From positions 367,454-431,453 of the forward strand of contig NIVC01000593.1 of the NCBI GenBank assembly GCA_002269645.1: DNA of 64,000 nt. Direction: 5' to 3'. Each line of letters begins with the position of its first letter. Within the stretch, counting starts at the first letter, position 1. The translations under genes were made by a program, and so were the position numbers. Source of the DNA: Macrostomum lignano (lineage: Eukaryota). The notes under the pieces are model-generated. The model was not told the origin of the DNA. It worked only from the letters and a program-made list of their open reading frames with translations, and searched no databases. Of this stretch, positions 62,517 to 64,000 are shown one piece after another.

Positions 62517-63375
62517 TCACCTGTTAGACAGTGATACTCACCTGTTAGACAGTGACTCTCACCTGTTAGACAGTGATACTCACCTGTTAGACAGTGATAC
62601 TCACACCTGTTAGACAGTGATACTCACCTGTTAGACAGTGATACTCACACCTGTTAGACAGTGGTACTCACCTGTTAGACAGTGGTACTCACCTGTTAGA
62701 CAGTGATACTCACCTGTTAGACAGTGACTCTCACCTGTTAGACAGTGATACTCACCTGTTAGAAAGTTACTCTCACCTGTTAGACAGTGGTACTCACCTA
62801 TTAGACAGTGATACTCACCTGTTAGACAGTGACTCTCACCTGTTAGACAGTGGTACTCACCTGTTAGACAGTGTTACTCACCTGTTAGACAGTGATACTC
62901 ACCTGTTAGACAGTGACTCTCACCTGTTAGACAGTGACTCTCACCTGTTAGACAGTGATACTCACCTGTTAGACAGTGATACTCACCTGTTAGACAGTGG
63001 TACTCACCTGTAAGACAGTGATACTCACCTGTTAGACAGTGACTCTCACCTGTTAGACAGTGATACTCACCTGTTAGACAGTGGTACTCACCTGTTAGAC
63101 AGTGACTCCCACCTGTTAGACAGTGGTACTCACCTGTTAGACAGTGGTACTCACCTGTTAGACAGTGACTCTCACCTGTTAGACAGTGTTACTCACCTGT
63201 TAGACAGTGATACTCACCTGTTAGACAGTGACTCTCACCTGTTAGACAGTGACTCTCACCTGTTAGACAGTGACTCACCTGTTAGACAGTGACTCTCACC
63301 TGTTAGACAGTGACTCTCACCTGTTAGACAGTGTTACTCACCTGTTAGACAGTGACTCTCACCTGTTAGACAGTG
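62517..63375. repeat. 21-bp minisatellite (CTCACCTGTTAGACAGTGATA)n
   Basis: Direct observation. Confidence 0.96.
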
Positions 63376-63809
63376 GTCTTACAATTTAGTCGCAGCACAT
63401 CATGCTGCACTGACGGATGCAGAAAGGCGCAAACAAAGAACATCGTAAAAAACGATGCTTTAAATTTCGTTCACTTTTCTCGAATCCCATACTCGTGTTG
63501 CATCAAAATTTATAAAACACGTAGCTTCTGGCCAATGCAATGTACTTGAATACATAGATTACTTGAATATTATTATCATTTTTTCCACTTCCTAATGAAC
63601 AGAATAATGTGTAATTCATGTATTTTTTGCTTGATCAGCCTCACGAGCGATAAGCTACTTTATTAGACTAAGTCAGCAAGGTTGTAATAGCTGTGGAAAC
63701 ATAAATAAGCCTTTTAATCTACATTTGCTTTGCAACCAATTAGAATGGAAATCTCGGACAATCTTTGGCTTATTTACCATTAATTTTACAGCAGTCATAA
63801 AATGGGTCT

Positions 63810-64000
63810 ACACTGGGTCAAGTTGTACCGTGGGTCAAGCTGTGTCTACAATGGGTTAAGCTGTGTCTACAATGGGTCAAGCTGTATCCACAATGGGTCA
63901 TGCTGTATCCACAATGGGTCAAGTTGTATCTACAATGGGTCAAGCTGTATCCACAATGGGTCAAGTTGTATCTACAATGGGTCAAGCTGTATCCACAATG
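63810..64000. repeat. 21-bp minisatellite (ACAATGGGTCAAGCTGTATCC)n running off the window
   Basis: Direct observation. Confidence 0.9.

Overview
Eukaryotic (metazoan) genomic DNA with spliceosomal GT-AG introns. The style suggests a free-living flatworm such as Macrostomum (inference): GC-rich exons with poly-Q/poly-A tracts, introns packed with minisatellites, and 3' acceptors just ahead of start codons. I could assemble eight phase-consistent gene models by hand: the 3' part of RIM/unc-10 (+), TPGS2 (-), SSR4/TRAP-delta (+), PDCD6/ALG-2 (+), an Alx-family paired-like homeobox gene (+), RAE1 (+), an unidentified tandem-C2 gene (-) and an unidentified coiled-coil/low-complexity gene (+). Nearly all long ORFs in the supplied track are translations of tandem repeats. 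The dominant unexplained structure is that almost every intron longer than about 250 nt carries its own private tandem array. In two cases, collapsing the array leaves an 86-125 nt mini-intron. Several units contain copies of splice signals: 18 copies of the true TPGS2 acceptor, roughly 70 sense-strand AG|GTAAGT donors in the SSR4 intron, and roughly 40 decoy acceptors in PDCD6. Mobile DNA includes a 3.3-kb hAT-type insertion (15-bp TIRs, 8-bp TSD) nested inside a satellite, a Merlin-like transposase remnant, a CORE-like SINE and a SINE group sharing a conserved internal domain. No CRISPR, rRNA or intact tRNA gene is supported. All calls are by eye; no database searches were run.
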